From a virus, in the IMG/VR virus record IMGVR_UViG_3300031951_000014: a stretch of DNA of 64,000 bases. The stretch is one strand, 5' to 3'. Below the pieces are notes generated by a model that made no database searches, was not told where the DNA came from, and saw only the letters and a list, made by a program, of their open reading frames with translations. Every line of letters begins with the position of its first letter. The first letter of the stretch is position 1. The translations under genes and the position numbers were made by a program. Of this stretch, positions 1 through 10,013 are shown one piece after another.

Positions 1-217
1 TTGTTTTACCTCTTGGCATGTTTGTGTTACTCCTCTATGAGGTTATTTGGTGTAGTTTAACTATAAAATATGTTATATAAAGGTATATAACAATCGTATA
101 GAAAAACGGATATTTCTATAAATATCTTAAGTTTTTCAAATACCATTGTTACAAACATATATATTATATAGTATAAATACGCTGTAACATATATAAATTA
201 GAGGGTTCAACAAATTT

Positions 218-463
218 TTAGTTTGTGACCACTATATCTTTTGCATAGCACATCTCTCGAAAGGCTTCGACGATGGCGGCAAAACCTATACTGAGAGAAT
301 ACAAACCTTGATAAAATTTTTCCACTGCATGTTGGTTTGATGGATCAAAGTCTATGAGTGGGTATTGACCGATGTATGCGTGAAGAGTTTCTGAATATGA
401 GTTGAGAGCTAGTAGGATATCTGAGTCTAGCTTCATGAGGTTGAGGTCCATTGATTCTGTCAT
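218..463 (-). CDS. hypothetical protein (81 aa)
   Basis: ORF track; directly follows 464..910 on the same strand. Confidence 0.6.
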   Translation of the reverse strand: MTESMDLNLMKLDSDILLALNSYSETLHAYIGQYPLIDFDPSNQHAVEKFYQGLYSLSIGFAAIVEAFREMCYAKDIVVTN

Positions 464-910
464 TTAAAATGCTGCCTTTCGAGTGACGATAGCTTGGTTG
501 TTCGACCAGATGGTCTCCTTACCAAGACTATCATAGATTTCGATGGCACCGTGAATTAAAGTGCCGGTAGAATCTTTGGTTGTGGTAATGTTTGAACGGT
601 AATTAAATTGACCATTGTTGGTGTCAACAATCCAGGTGATTCTGTGATCATTATCCTGGTTTGTGTGACGTTGAATGGCTAATGTACCGTAGGTTGATTT
701 ATGTAGATTTTGTGTGATCCAAAGGAATTTGGTTCCTTTAGAATTTGGTAGTAGTACAGATGCATAGCCTCTGTGTGGAGGGATATTGATTTGGTAGGAT
801 GTGCCTCTATAGCGTAGTACGTGATTGTCGGAATCGTAGTCATAGACTGCGTTCCATAAAGCGTTATGTACGTATAGTATTTCTTTAGCTTGTTCGTCTG
901 TAAGTGACAT
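464..910 (-). CDS. hypothetical protein (148 aa)
   Basis: ORF with AGGA RBS-like sequence upstream. Confidence 0.7.
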   Translation of the reverse strand: MSLTDEQAKEILYVHNALWNAVYDYDSDNHVLRYRGTSYQINIPPHRGYASVLLPNSKGTKFLWITQNLHKSTYGTLAIQRHTNQDNDHRITWIVDTNNGQFNYRSNITTTKDSTGTLIHGAIEIYDSLGKETIWSNNQAIVTRKAAF

Positions 911-936
911 ATCCTGTGACTTTCTGTTGCCTTTTG

Positions 937-986
937 AAAAAAGAGTGTCCCCACGGACGTGAAAAGGGGACGCCCGTGGGGAACAC
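937..986 (-). terminator. intrinsic terminator-like hairpin
   Basis: GTGTCCCCACGG...CCGTGGGGAACAC inverted repeat; the A-run on + is a U-tail on -. Confidence 0.55.
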
Positions 987-1093
987 AGTTTAATACAATA
1001 ATGTCCAATTGCGGGGTATCTACTTAATTGAAAGGAGGAAAGGTTAAGTAAATCTTGGTTTCATTAAAGTACTAGACCAATGGTCTGTATTTT

Positions 1094-1285
1094 TTAAGAA
1101 ACTATACCGGCAACCAGATCTTGAAGTAGCTCATTACAGTATTTGATCAAATCGTTATACATGAATCTATCGACAGGGTCTTCAGAATTCTCAGCTATCG
1201 CAGAGTATTTAAATTTGAGATCCTGTAGAGCTTCTTCCAAGATTTGTCGTTTTAACAAACTTAAAGGTTGTCCAGAACTTAACAC
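1094..1285 (-). CDS. hypothetical protein (63 aa)
   Basis: ORF with AAGGAG RBS upstream. Confidence 0.6.
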   Translation of the reverse strand: MLSSGQPLSLLKRQILEEALQDLKFKYSAIAENSEDPVDRFMYNDLIKYCNELLQDLVAGIVS

Positions 1286-1912
1286 ATCATCTCCTTAGAG
1301 AAAACCGCCGCCAATTATTTTTTTTATTTTTAATAATATTAGAGTATTCCTATGGTCTGTAATCCCAAGAGGAATACATAGGCTAGGAAGGTTATAGAGA
1401 GTATTTTTACTGGTGTAGAAAACATAGTAGGATAGTTCCTTTGGCCGCACTAAGAAAGTGCTATAGGGTAGTAGGAAGGGGATAAGTAATAAGAGGGAGG
1501 ATAACCACATCAGGATTAACCAGGTTCCTATCTCATAGGACCCAGGGAGAGATTAGGCATTGAGGGCGTAGGTGATTGTGTACACCGGTGTAACGTGTGT
1601 GTACACAGGGTATATGCAGAGTTATATATGTTTTATACTGGGCCCCCACTTGAAAAGGGTCCTAAACATACGTTTCGTTAACAAATTTTTACAAGAGAGA
1701 TCTTTTAATTAAAATAATAATAAAAGGTACCCCTGTATAGTATGGTTGGGCATGTGTGTTATTACTGTATTCTACAGTATAATGCATACTCTGTTTTTGC
1801 GGCGGTTTTCAATCTAAAATAAAAATAAGATTTTATTATAAGATTACGCCGGCAAAAATAAAAAGGCTGATATGGGTCCAACCACTAAACCCATACCAGC
1901 CATCAGAGAGCA

Positions 1913-2128
1913 CTACACATGGAGCTCTACATTATACATACGCTTGAAGTCCCGTCTCATTGGATGCAGAGCGGACTCTGTTCCGTGAGTCGTATAAGTT
2001 GGACCTTGAATAGTTGAAGGGGGAACTATTCTGTAGGTGCCTGACTTATTTCTTGTGACCTCAAAGCCTAACCGCTTTAGTTCGGTTAGAACCTTCTTCA
2101 TTTTAGAAGATTGATGTTGGCGAGGCAT
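1913..2128 (-). CDS. HicA-like (dsRBD-fold) small protein
   Basis: Start reassigned to ATG 2128 after GAAGGAG; pattern KKVLTELKRLGFEVTRNKSG...TYTTHGT resembles HicA-like phage proteins. Confidence 0.45.
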   Translation of the reverse strand: MPRQHQSSKMKKVLTELKRLGFEVTRNKSGTYRIVPPSTIQGPTYTTHGTESALHPMRRDFKRMYNVELHV

Positions 2129-2348
2129 TGCTCGTATTTCTCCTTCGTGTGTGGCTACTATCTGACGGATATATGTTATCACATAGGATCCTTCAGGTGC
2201 AACACGTGAGGATAAATATTTCGCGTCAACCAGACCGACCTAAAAGTTCGGCGGTTGCCGCTCTAAATTAAAAAACATCTATTCTTCTCTAGATACTATA
2301 GGTAACTAGAGAGAGTATAGATAAGGTGATTATTATTTTGTATGAAGT

Positions 2349-2401
2349 AAAAAAAGAGGTGTCACCCCCCCATCAGTGTTGGTTCCTGATGAGGGGGGAC
2401 T
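2349..2401 (-). terminator. intrinsic terminator after the 335-aa gene
   Basis: CCCCCCATCAG...CTGATGAGGGGG stem followed by a T-run on -. Confidence 0.6.
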
Positions 2402-2417
2402 ACCGAGGTGAGATACC

Positions 2418-3425
2418 TTAGAATGGCATCTCGTCGTCGTTAGACGATGCTGGGGCAGAAGCCGTAGCGTTTGCTTGTGCTGAGTTTGACCACAGGTCAC
2501 AGGCAACTTCAGTGCCGTTGACTACCATGGTGAAACGACCAGAAGGGGCATTCACTGGATCGTAAATGTCCTTCTTGTCAAATGCACCAGCAGGCGTCAC
2601 TTCAATACGCTGTTGGCTACCCGACCAGTTGGAAACCCACTGACGGGAAAGCTGAAGCAACTTCTGACGCTTCTCTTCTGCTTCCTTGATTTTGGCTTGT
2701 GGCATGCCTTCCATCTTGGTGCCAAGGACATGTGCCTGAAGGCGAAGTCCATATACACGCTGGAAGGTTTCAACCGAAGCGTCAACCAAGTTCACAAAGC
2801 CCTGCTTGGTGCGGGACTTGTCACGGTCAGTGGTGCCCAACTCAAATGCCGTTACAGGCACGCCAGTCTTGTGCTGGTAAGCAGCAATGATGCGACCTGG
2901 GTTCTCAATACGACCCGTCACATCGACTGCACCAGCAGACTTGAAGGCGTTGATGGCGTGCTTGAAGCCGTCTTCGTTAGCACCGAATTGGTGGAAGAAC
3001 AGCGGCATGCCATCAGTGAAGTTGAGTCCAAGACCCTTGAGTGAGCCAATGAACTTGTCACGGTCAACGGTTTTGCCAGACTCGGTGACGAACTTGTGAA
3101 GAAGGTCAACAATGCTGATTTCAGCACCATCGACGGTTACATTCAAGTCCATCTTGACTGGGTTCATCACACCAGTGACAAGGTAGTATTCCTTGCCAGT
3201 GTATGGCGATTGCTGACGTAGAACCGAAATGCGGCTCAGGCTGGCTTCACGCAAGGTGACCGAAGCAGGAACTTCGATACCGTTGATTGAACCCTTGAAG
3301 TTGACCTTCTTACCGATGCTGAGCATCTGCGTCCGTGCGGTGGACTGCAGGTTGTCGATGTTGTCGGCAATCTGGTCAAAGAGCGAAGTGTCAAGATTGA
3401 ACTTCTGGGTGAATGTGGTGGACAT
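2418..3425 (-). CDS. hypothetical protein with SSB-like acidic C-terminal tail (335 aa)
   Basis: Long ORF with biased codon usage; ends ...SSNDDEMPF. Confidence 0.75.
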   Translation of the reverse strand: MSTTFTQKFNLDTSLFDQIADNIDNLQSTARTQMLSIGKKVNFKGSINGIEVPASVTLREASLSRISVLRQQSPYTGKEYYLVTGVMNPVKMDLNVTVDGAEISIVDLLHKFVTESGKTVDRDKFIGSLKGLGLNFTDGMPLFFHQFGANEDGFKHAINAFKSAGAVDVTGRIENPGRIIAAYQHKTGVPVTAFELGTTDRDKSRTKQGFVNLVDASVETFQRVYGLRLQAHVLGTKMEGMPQAKIKEAEEKRQKLLQLSRQWVSNWSGSQQRIEVTPAGAFDKKDIYDPVNAPSGRFTMVVNGTEVACDLWSNSAQANATASAPASSNDDEMPF

Positions 3426-3513
3426 AATTTATGTACCTATGCTTTCTGTGATTATTGGTGATTAGTGTGTTTTTCGGGCAAGAAGCCCTTCTTTTTCAAG
3501 CTACCAGAAAAGG

Positions 3514-3690
3514 TTAGATCTCTGGTGCGGTGAAAGGCTTGTTTGCCTTGTCAGAGTTGAGTCCATCAACGAATGCATCCTTGAGATCCTTGGTCTTGTT
3601 GACCGTTTTCTTTGGTGCAGTCTTGACGACTCGGAAGGTGGAACCAGTCAACTTACCAAGTCCACGAACTGTTTTATCCATGATTGCCAT
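3514..3690 (-). CDS. hypothetical protein (58 aa, MAIMDKTVRG...)
   Basis: Manual translation; AGGAGA RBS; below the ORF-track cutoff. Confidence 0.6.
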   Translation of the reverse strand: MAIMDKTVRGLGKLTGSTFRVVKTAPKKTVNKTKDLKDAFVDGLNSDKANKPFTAPEI

Positions 3691-4078
3691 ATTTTCTCCT
3701 ATTGTGTTTATGGGTGATTATATTTCTATGTTTATTTTTTTATACTTCATCTCCAGAATCGAATATATAAAATATTTGTTCTATGAGATCGAAGAACCAA
3801 TGAAGCATGTTTCACCCCCTTTGCCCTTCTTTTCTGGATGGACATTGGGGGTGAAAACATTGTTGAATCACCAGTTAGTCGGGTGATTGTAACGAGCATT
3901 TGATCTCCTGAGCTTTTGATCATACAGGTAGATGTATGCTGTTACCATAACCGCGTAGCAAGTGACGAATCCGAGTAGGAATGCTAACATTATTTACCTC
4001 GTTTCTTTTTGCCGGCTAGCAACCACAAGAAGGCAAAAGCCACTGTGGTTACAACTGTACTGATAGTGACTTTTTTGT

Positions 4079-4375
4079 TCATACAGGTGTGTTCTCCATG
4101 ATCCATGCTTGCATCATATGGCTGTGCATTTCAACAATTTTTTTGGCTTGTTCGAAACTTGCACATGGGTATGTGTAGTTGTGATGGTCGGATGAATCAC
4201 CAGTAGGTGACTGGATACTGAACTCGATGTAGCACCTGCCACTTGACACGTGATTGTGTGCTACATAGGATGAGTACATACCTTTTGGAAGGCTGTATCC
4301 ACTACGGTTGTATGCGATGAAACCATATGCCTGAGCATCTGGGGTTTCGTAGGTTACTTGTTCTACTTGCATCAT
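4079..4375 (-). CDS. hypothetical protein (98 aa)
   Basis: ORF with AAGGA RBS; coupled to the upstream gene. Confidence 0.65.
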   Translation of the reverse strand: MMQVEQVTYETPDAQAYGFIAYNRSGYSLPKGMYSSYVAHNHVSSGRCYIEFSIQSPTGDSSDHHNYTYPCASFEQAKKIVEMHSHMMQAWIMENTPV

Positions 4376-4488
4376 TTGTTTTCCTTTGGCTTAGTGTCAA
4401 TGAAAAGGGCGGTACCAATCACACCAATGGCGATTGTTATCATCCAAATCAGGTTGCTGATGATGTTTGCTGCGATTATTTTCTTCAT
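4372..4488 (-). CDS. small membrane protein (38 aa)
   Basis: MKKIIAANIISNLIWMITIAIGVIGTALF hydrophobic stretch; GAAGGAG RBS. Confidence 0.55.
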   Translation of the reverse strand: MKKIIAANIISNLIWMITIAIGVIGTALFIDTKPKENK

Positions 4489-4489
4489 G

Positions 4490-4651
4490 TTATTTTGCTC
4501 CTTCTTCGAGTTGCTTGATACGGTCGTGCAACATGTGGATGATGTTGCCATGCTTTTCAACGATGGTCGTCAAGGTCTTGATGGTTTCCAAGATGCCCTT
4601 GTCAAATTCGAGGTGCTTGATCTCCCGCTGGACAATTCCTGCTTCTGACAT
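4490..4651 (-). CDS. hypothetical protein (53 aa, MSEAGIVQRE...)
   Basis: Manual translation; AAAGGAGA RBS. Confidence 0.6.
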   Translation of the reverse strand: MSEAGIVQREIKHLEFDKGILETIKTLTTIVEKHGNIIHMLHDRIKQLEEGAK

Positions 4652-4881
4652 GTTTCTCCTTTGTGGTTGTGTTTCTAAAATAAAAAAAGGGATAAACCCT
4701 TCTTTTACAAGTGGTTTAGAAGTTTTGGTGCCCCGTTATCAACTTTGCTTCGGTGGGGCAAACCGCCAGTGTTCTTAGGTGTTGACTACCCTTACCTAGG
4801 TATACCTAGGATCTGAAGTATCACAAGATCACGTATTGATCCCAACCTAATGATTGGGTACTTCTCTTGCGCACAACATCT

Positions 4882-5205
4882 TTATGACTTGCTTTTGTCA
4901 ATGATTGCGTCAATGGCAATGAGCTCAGCCAAATGGTCTTTTGCTACAGTGGTGAATGCACCTTCGGTCATTTGGAACAGCCAATCTGCAGCTTTATCAA
5001 GTCTGTTGTAGCCCTTGAAGATCTGCACATAGGTGCTGTCATTGTCCGGAAGATCGTACTGCACTGTGACGCGCATAGCCATCTTCTTGTGAAGCTGACC
5101 ATTTTGTTCGACATCACCTTGTTCCACAGTGAAATGACCACCGATGAAATCCATGATGCAAACGTACTTGAAGGTATCCAGTAGGATACGGTTGGTGAAT
5201 GACAT
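4882..5205 (-). CDS. hypothetical protein (107 aa)
   Basis: ORF; TAATG coupling with the upstream gene. Confidence 0.7.
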   Translation of the reverse strand: MSFTNRILLDTFKYVCIMDFIGGHFTVEQGDVEQNGQLHKKMAMRVTVQYDLPDNDSTYVQIFKGYNRLDKAADWLFQMTEGAFTTVAKDHLAELIAIDAIIDKSKS

Positions 5206-5462
5206 TACGAGACTCCAATCTCATCTTCTTCGTCTTTACCGAAGAGTTTGTTCCAACACTCTGGGTGAGTGCCACTGATGATGATTTCTCGTTGCTCAGC
5301 TGTGAGATACGGAAATGCATCTTGAGCATAGAGACCTGACTGATAACTATTCAAGTCACTGACATTCAATTGGATGAAACTGGTTTCACCGCAATGAAAG
5401 CAACGCTTACAAATCGTTTCAGCCTGAGCACCTGCTCGAGTGAAATTGTATTGCTTGGACAT
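5205..5462 (-). CDS. Zn-binding phage protein (85 aa)
   Basis: CxxC (CFHC) ... HxxC (HPEC); AAGGAGA RBS. Confidence 0.7.
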   Translation of the reverse strand: MSKQYNFTRAGAQAETICKRCFHCGETSFIQLNVSDLNSYQSGLYAQDAFPYLTAEQREIIISGTHPECWNKLFGKDEEDEIGVS

Positions 5463-5583
5463 GTTTTCTCCTTATGGTTGTATTTCTAAAACAAAAAACA
5501 AGAAGGGCCACCTACGGCGCAACCAAAGTGCCAATAGGTGACCCTTCTTTTCCAGGAGGGACGCACGAACTTACATCACCAAG

Positions 5584-5748
5584 CTATCTCCAAGAACCTT
5601 CCTGGATGATGCTGGTGATGACTTGTGGAGTGTCAATGTAGAAGTCACCAACTGGTGAGATCCAACTGACAAGACCGATGTTTTCTTTGGCAACCTGGAT
5701 TGCCCGAAACGCCACATCAAGCGATTCGATTGCTTTTGCAACTGGCAT
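5584..5748 (-). CDS. hypothetical protein (54 aa, MPVAKAIESL...)
   Basis: Manual translation; AAAGGAGA RBS. Confidence 0.55.
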   Translation of the reverse strand: MPVAKAIESLDVAFRAIQVAKENIGLVSWISPVGDFYIDTPQVITSIIQEGSWR

Positions 5749-6091
5749 TACTTTCTCCTTTGTTTGTGGTGGAAGAACCCTTCTTTTCCAGCTAAGATTT
5801 AGAAGCTATAATAAAAAATAACTTTTAACTATAGTTCTAAAATAAAAAAGTCAGATAGTCCACATACTCTGGTATCGGCCGGATCAGCAGCATGTGGACT
5901 ACCCTAGTCAATGAATTCAGTGGTTACTGAGACACAGGCACATTGACTTGCCCTAACATTCAGTGGTCTTCGCTGGTAAAGCAGGAGTTTGTTGTCCTGC
6001 CGCAAAGGCTGTTTGTTACTCTAGAAGAAAAGGGGAAACCCCCCCAGCAATCCCAAACGGGACTACTGAGGGGGCAGGACTGACGCTCAGG

Positions 6092-6505
6092 TCAGAAGGG
6101 CAAATCCTCACCCTCGACCTGAACCTCACGGGCCTTCTTTGCCAACAGGTTATTGGCAAACTTGCGGGCAGCCTCCGTGATGACGACCTCACCCTGCTCT
6201 GGGAGAGGTTCAGCGTCAGGAGCGTCCACGGTGAGGTTACCACCCCAGAACACCTGCTTGCGTGGGAACTTGAGTTCCTGCACGAAGCCCGCCTTATCGA
6301 CATAGGTGGTTTGCACCTTGCCGAAAGACACGGTGTCAAAGGTGACCCGCATGCCTGGGACAATCCCACCGACCTGGGAGTTGAGCACCCAAGCCCAGTA
6401 ACGGATGTCGTCCGTCTCGTTGAGGCTCCTGAGCCCCACTGAGGTTGACTTCGGGCCTGGGGTGTTCAAACCCACTACCGCGAAGGTATTGCTGAGAGTT
6501 GCCAT
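6092..6505 (-). CDS. hypothetical protein with acidic ...EGEDLPF tail (137 aa; possible SSB-like)
   Basis: Start reassigned to ATG 6505 after GAAAGGAG; hairpin downstream at about 6028-6075. Confidence 0.65.
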   Translation of the reverse strand: MATLSNTFAVVGLNTPGPKSTSVGLRSLNETDDIRYWAWVLNSQVGGIVPGMRVTFDTVSFGKVQTTYVDKAGFVQELKFPRKQVFWGGNLTVDAPDAEPLPEQGEVVITEAARKFANNLLAKKAREVQVEGEDLPF

Positions 6506-6741
6506 GATGGCGAACTCCTTTCTGCCAGAGAACTGGCGTTGGTTGCGGAGTGGCGGAATACCACCCCTTCTTTTCCAGCCCAAGCCCGTTAGAGGACTTG
6601 AGCCAAGAAACCCTTCTTTGAACGCACCAAACAGGACCCGTGCGCAAAGGTCACAAACATCGTTTAGAAGCCTAGAGTTGAAGCCAGCCTTCACCCGCAG
6701 GGTTTAGAAGCAGACAGTAGTACTTATTATTATAATAAATA

Positions 6742-9363
6742 CTAGCTGCCTGCAACTAAACGCGTGTACGCACGGATGAACCAGTCAACTGGCAACTGGT
6801 TGATGGATGGATCAACAGCAAAGAGCCACTTATCCCAGTTTGCACGTGGGTTAGCCTTCTTGGCAATGAAGCTCTGACGGTACAGCCTGAGCACCTTGCG
6901 ATCAGTGGCTTCCTCTCCATACATCTCATCGGACTTAGCCAGCATCTTGACCAGCTTGCTAGCCCAGAGCTTACTTGGGTTGGTTGCCCTCATGAGCTCC
7001 ATAATGGTGTTGAACTCACCTGGGGTAGCCTTGAGCTCTTCTGAGCTGAACTCCATGGCTGCAATTGCTTCTGGCATAACCATTTCGTTATTAGCCCACT
7101 CAAGGAGCTCTGCAAAGGCAGTACGGACAATGGTCTCACGGGTGAGCATGAGTTCCATCATCATGGATTCTTGCTTTGAGGCAATGTGCTCCATAAAGCC
7201 ATACTTTGCTGCCGTCTTTGGCTGGATCCTGGTATCAGCCCAGTAGTAGTCCATCTTACCGTTGTTAGCAACCAACCAACGCTTGATCCCCTTGTAATAA
7301 TCCTCGTTGGAGTCAGAGATCAAGGACATGTCGACTGCATCTGCCAGACCCTGTTGGACAGCATCAATGATCTGCTCGTTAGACACCAGCTGAACTTTGA
7401 TATAGCTATCCGTGACAGCATAGGTAAGCATCTTGGGCAATACCGTTGAACCAGTACCACCTGGGAGCTTCTCGATAGACAGACGGACACGTTGCTCGTC
7501 ATCTGGACCGAATTGGCTTCCAACCGTCAGGCTGGACACACCAGGCAGCTCTTTGTAACGGTACCTGATAGTGCAATTATTAATGAGGTCAGACAACTGT
7601 GGAACCTTTGCCCGCAGCTGATCCTCATTGACCATTGGCACTTGACCGTAGGTGTGAAACGCATTACCAACTTCCTTGTCGGAAACTGGGATCATACTCC
7701 ATTCACCAGAGTCGTTTGGGTTACGCAGCAAGAATGCCTTGAGTGCTACGTTACCAGTGCTATCCACAACCCTGCGAATCATCACGTTGATGGTGTCGTC
7801 AAGGTCATAGCCACCATGGTTGGTGTAGTTCTCGATGAAGAACTCAGTTGGTACCACAAAGCAGTGGGTCTTGTGGTGGTAGAACCCTTGGCCCTTGTCC
7901 TTAGGCAGCTTGTAGCCGAATACCTCAAGAGCATCTCGAGTCATGATGTGAGCACGGTATGCGTATGGGACTGGGAACCAAGTGCCATTGTTGGTTGCCT
8001 TGTAAGTGAGGCCATATGGCACAACCCGGTTGTTCTTGTCAATCACACCGAACATGCGTCCAAAGCCGTTTGCCTTGAGGTACATGAGCAGCTGGCTAAC
8101 GTCGATGCCCAACCCTGCTTCTGCCAGACGCTTGCCCAACTGGTCGATGCTCTTGATCATGGATGGCTTGTCCTTGATGTCATCATCCAGGTGTTCGGTC
8201 ATACCAGTGTTATCAATTACCGTCTGGACCCAGTCGTTCTGGTCAATCTTGTTCGTCTTGATGTCGGCAACCATCTTGGTGACAGCTTCCTGCATAGACG
8301 TAAGCAGTAGGGCTGGGTCAACCAAGCCAGCTACATTCTTGTAGATGGACATGGTCAGGTCATCGGACTTGAGTGGCAGACGACCATAGCTTGGCTCGAT
8401 AGTAGCCCAGTAGAACCCATTGGTCTTGAGTTCAGCCTTCACGTTTGGCGTAAAGGTCCTGATATCAAAGCCATGCATCTGCTCATCTGGTACGATGATT
8501 GCGTTACCCTTGATCAGTCCGTGCGGAGTAAGTGCACGCAGAGATACGATAACCATCTTACCTTCGTCAATCTGGCTGACCTTGTCTTGCATCCAGTCAA
8601 TAGAGGCATTCGGGTTGTTCAAGAACATCTGCATAGCCATGCTACGGCTGATTGCACTGATACCGTCAACTGCCTTCTCATCCAACCCAATCTCGTCTGG
8701 GTTTATGATCTGGATGTTGAGCTCGTCTGAGTACATGAATGCACTGGTCTGACGCACAAACTCCTGAGCACGCTTGATGAACTTCTTGCTGTTGCCGATG
8801 ATGAATCCAGCCTGTTCCAGAGCATCGAGCCATCCATTGTTGCCCTTGATCATCAAGTTGAACTGGTGGCTTGCGTTGGACCAGCGGATTGCTACCTTCT
8901 TGTCGGTGGCTGGGTTGTATGCACCAAGTGGGCCCTCCATACCAACCTTGTTGTCCATAACCCTACGAACTTCCAGACGGTATCCCTGTGGGAAGAACCT
9001 GTCCAGCAGCGCAAAGCTGTAGACTCCGTTGTTGAACTGCTCATCAACAGTATCCCTGCTCATGAGCGGTACGTTAGTGGCAACCCGGATCAAATCCGAA
9101 TTACCAATCCTGACCATGCCGTGAAACATGGTGTTTACCTCCTCTGTGGTTGTTGTTTGTGGTTCCACTGAATTACCTCCTGTGGTTGTTGGTGTTTCTG
9201 GCTTTGGGTTGTTTTCCATGGGTGGCTCCTCCTTTGGTGGCGTTGTCCTGATTACACCCGACTTACCTTCAGCTTTGAGCATGTTTGCCAGCTCAATGCT
9301 GCTTTCTGCTTGAACTTCGAACCAATCATCGGTTCCGTTCAGCTTGAAGTAGTATGTCTTCAT
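6742..9363 (-). CDS. 873-aa protein, candidate divergent single-subunit two-barrel (YonO/QDE-1-like) RNA polymerase
   Basis: Motifs DGISAISRSMA, R...LIKGNAIIVP, HGGYDLDD, LLRNP; the ORF is secure, the function is inferred. Confidence 0.45.
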   Translation of the reverse strand: MKTYYFKLNGTDDWFEVQAESSIELANMLKAEGKSGVIRTTPPKEEPPMENNPKPETPTTTGGNSVEPQTTTTEEVNTMFHGMVRIGNSDLIRVATNVPLMSRDTVDEQFNNGVYSFALLDRFFPQGYRLEVRRVMDNKVGMEGPLGAYNPATDKKVAIRWSNASHQFNLMIKGNNGWLDALEQAGFIIGNSKKFIKRAQEFVRQTSAFMYSDELNIQIINPDEIGLDEKAVDGISAISRSMAMQMFLNNPNASIDWMQDKVSQIDEGKMVIVSLRALTPHGLIKGNAIIVPDEQMHGFDIRTFTPNVKAELKTNGFYWATIEPSYGRLPLKSDDLTMSIYKNVAGLVDPALLLTSMQEAVTKMVADIKTNKIDQNDWVQTVIDNTGMTEHLDDDIKDKPSMIKSIDQLGKRLAEAGLGIDVSQLLMYLKANGFGRMFGVIDKNNRVVPYGLTYKATNNGTWFPVPYAYRAHIMTRDALEVFGYKLPKDKGQGFYHHKTHCFVVPTEFFIENYTNHGGYDLDDTINVMIRRVVDSTGNVALKAFLLRNPNDSGEWSMIPVSDKEVGNAFHTYGQVPMVNEDQLRAKVPQLSDLINNCTIRYRYKELPGVSSLTVGSQFGPDDEQRVRLSIEKLPGGTGSTVLPKMLTYAVTDSYIKVQLVSNEQIIDAVQQGLADAVDMSLISDSNEDYYKGIKRWLVANNGKMDYYWADTRIQPKTAAKYGFMEHIASKQESMMMELMLTRETIVRTAFAELLEWANNEMVMPEAIAAMEFSSEELKATPGEFNTIMELMRATNPSKLWASKLVKMLAKSDEMYGEEATDRKVLRLYRQSFIAKKANPRANWDKWLFAVDPSINQLPVDWFIRAYTRLVAGS

Positions 9364-9581
9364 TAGATTTCCTCCTGGTTGTTGAAAAGGCTTGGTTGGA
9401 CCTTGTTGAACTCCCGGACCTTCTTTGCCTTCTTTTTCTTGCTATTGAGCTTGTGGTTCCTCAGCTCATTGCACTGCTTGCACAGTGTTGTCCCACCATT
9501 GAAGTTGTGGTAGACACCAGTGCCCGCCCATACCCACTCCCTGCACCATTCGCAGTGAGTATTGTGATGATTGTATAACAT
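9363..9581 (-). CDS. Zn-finger protein (72 aa)
   Basis: CEWC...CKQC; start at ATG 9581 after GGAGG. Confidence 0.6.
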   Translation of the reverse strand: MLYNHHNTHCEWCREWVWAGTGVYHNFNGGTTLCKQCNELRNHKLNSKKKKAKKVREFNKVQPSLFNNQEEI

Positions 9582-9628
9582 AATTAGGCCCCTCCTAGAG
9601 CCTTGACTAAAGGTCTTTCCTCTAGTCA

Positions 9629-9670
9629 TAAAAAAGAAACCCCCAGGGACCGAAGTCCCCAGGGGAATCT
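9629..9670 (-). terminator. intrinsic terminator
   Basis: CCCCAGGGAC-CGAA-GTCCCCAGGGG stem (UUCG loop on -) followed by a T-run on -. Confidence 0.65.
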
Positions 9671-9710
9671 TTACAGCTGGTTGAAATGGGTAGGCCTTTA
9701 CCCTATTCAA

Positions 9711-10013
9711 CTAGTAGACGATGACCGTGTAGGTCTTGGTCTGGATGCCGTCCACGTACTTGACGTTGACGGTGTCCTTCAGCTTGGAGTTGGGGGTGTT
9801 CTCAACGAACTCCTGTGCCTCCTCCTTGGTGTTGAAGTGCTCGACACTCCTGTAGTTCTTGACTACTGGAGCTGGAGCCTTCTTGACAACCTTGGCAGCA
9901 GGTGCCTTGGTTGAAGCTTCCGGAACGAAGCTGTTGTTCTGCGTGAAGCAGAGCTTGACTTCGTTAACCGTTGAGTGGCTCTTATTGCAAGAGCCGCAGG
10001 TGATTGTTGCCAT
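9711..10013 (-). CDS. hypothetical protein with N-terminal C2HC-like motif
   Basis: CGSCNKSH...VKLC; start at ATG 10013 after AGGAGG. Confidence 0.65.
   Translation of the reverse strand: MATITCGSCNKSHSTVNEVKLCFTQNNSFVPEASTKAPAAKVVKKAPAPVVKNYRSVEHFNTKEEAQEFVENTPNSKLKDTVNVKYVDGIQTKTYTVIVY

Larger units (their letters stand above)
3486..6620 (-). repeat. dispersed motif CCCTTCTTTTyCAg (minus strand cTGrAAAAGAAGGG), candidate phage promoter or operator
   Basis: Copies at 3486, 3824, 4697, 5542, 5778, 6565, partial at 6611; all intergenic under my gene calls and in the same orientation. Confidence 0.7.

Noticed and set aside
1295-1510. 71-aa minus-strand ORF
   Set aside because: Low-complexity, no convincing RBS; not supported as a gene
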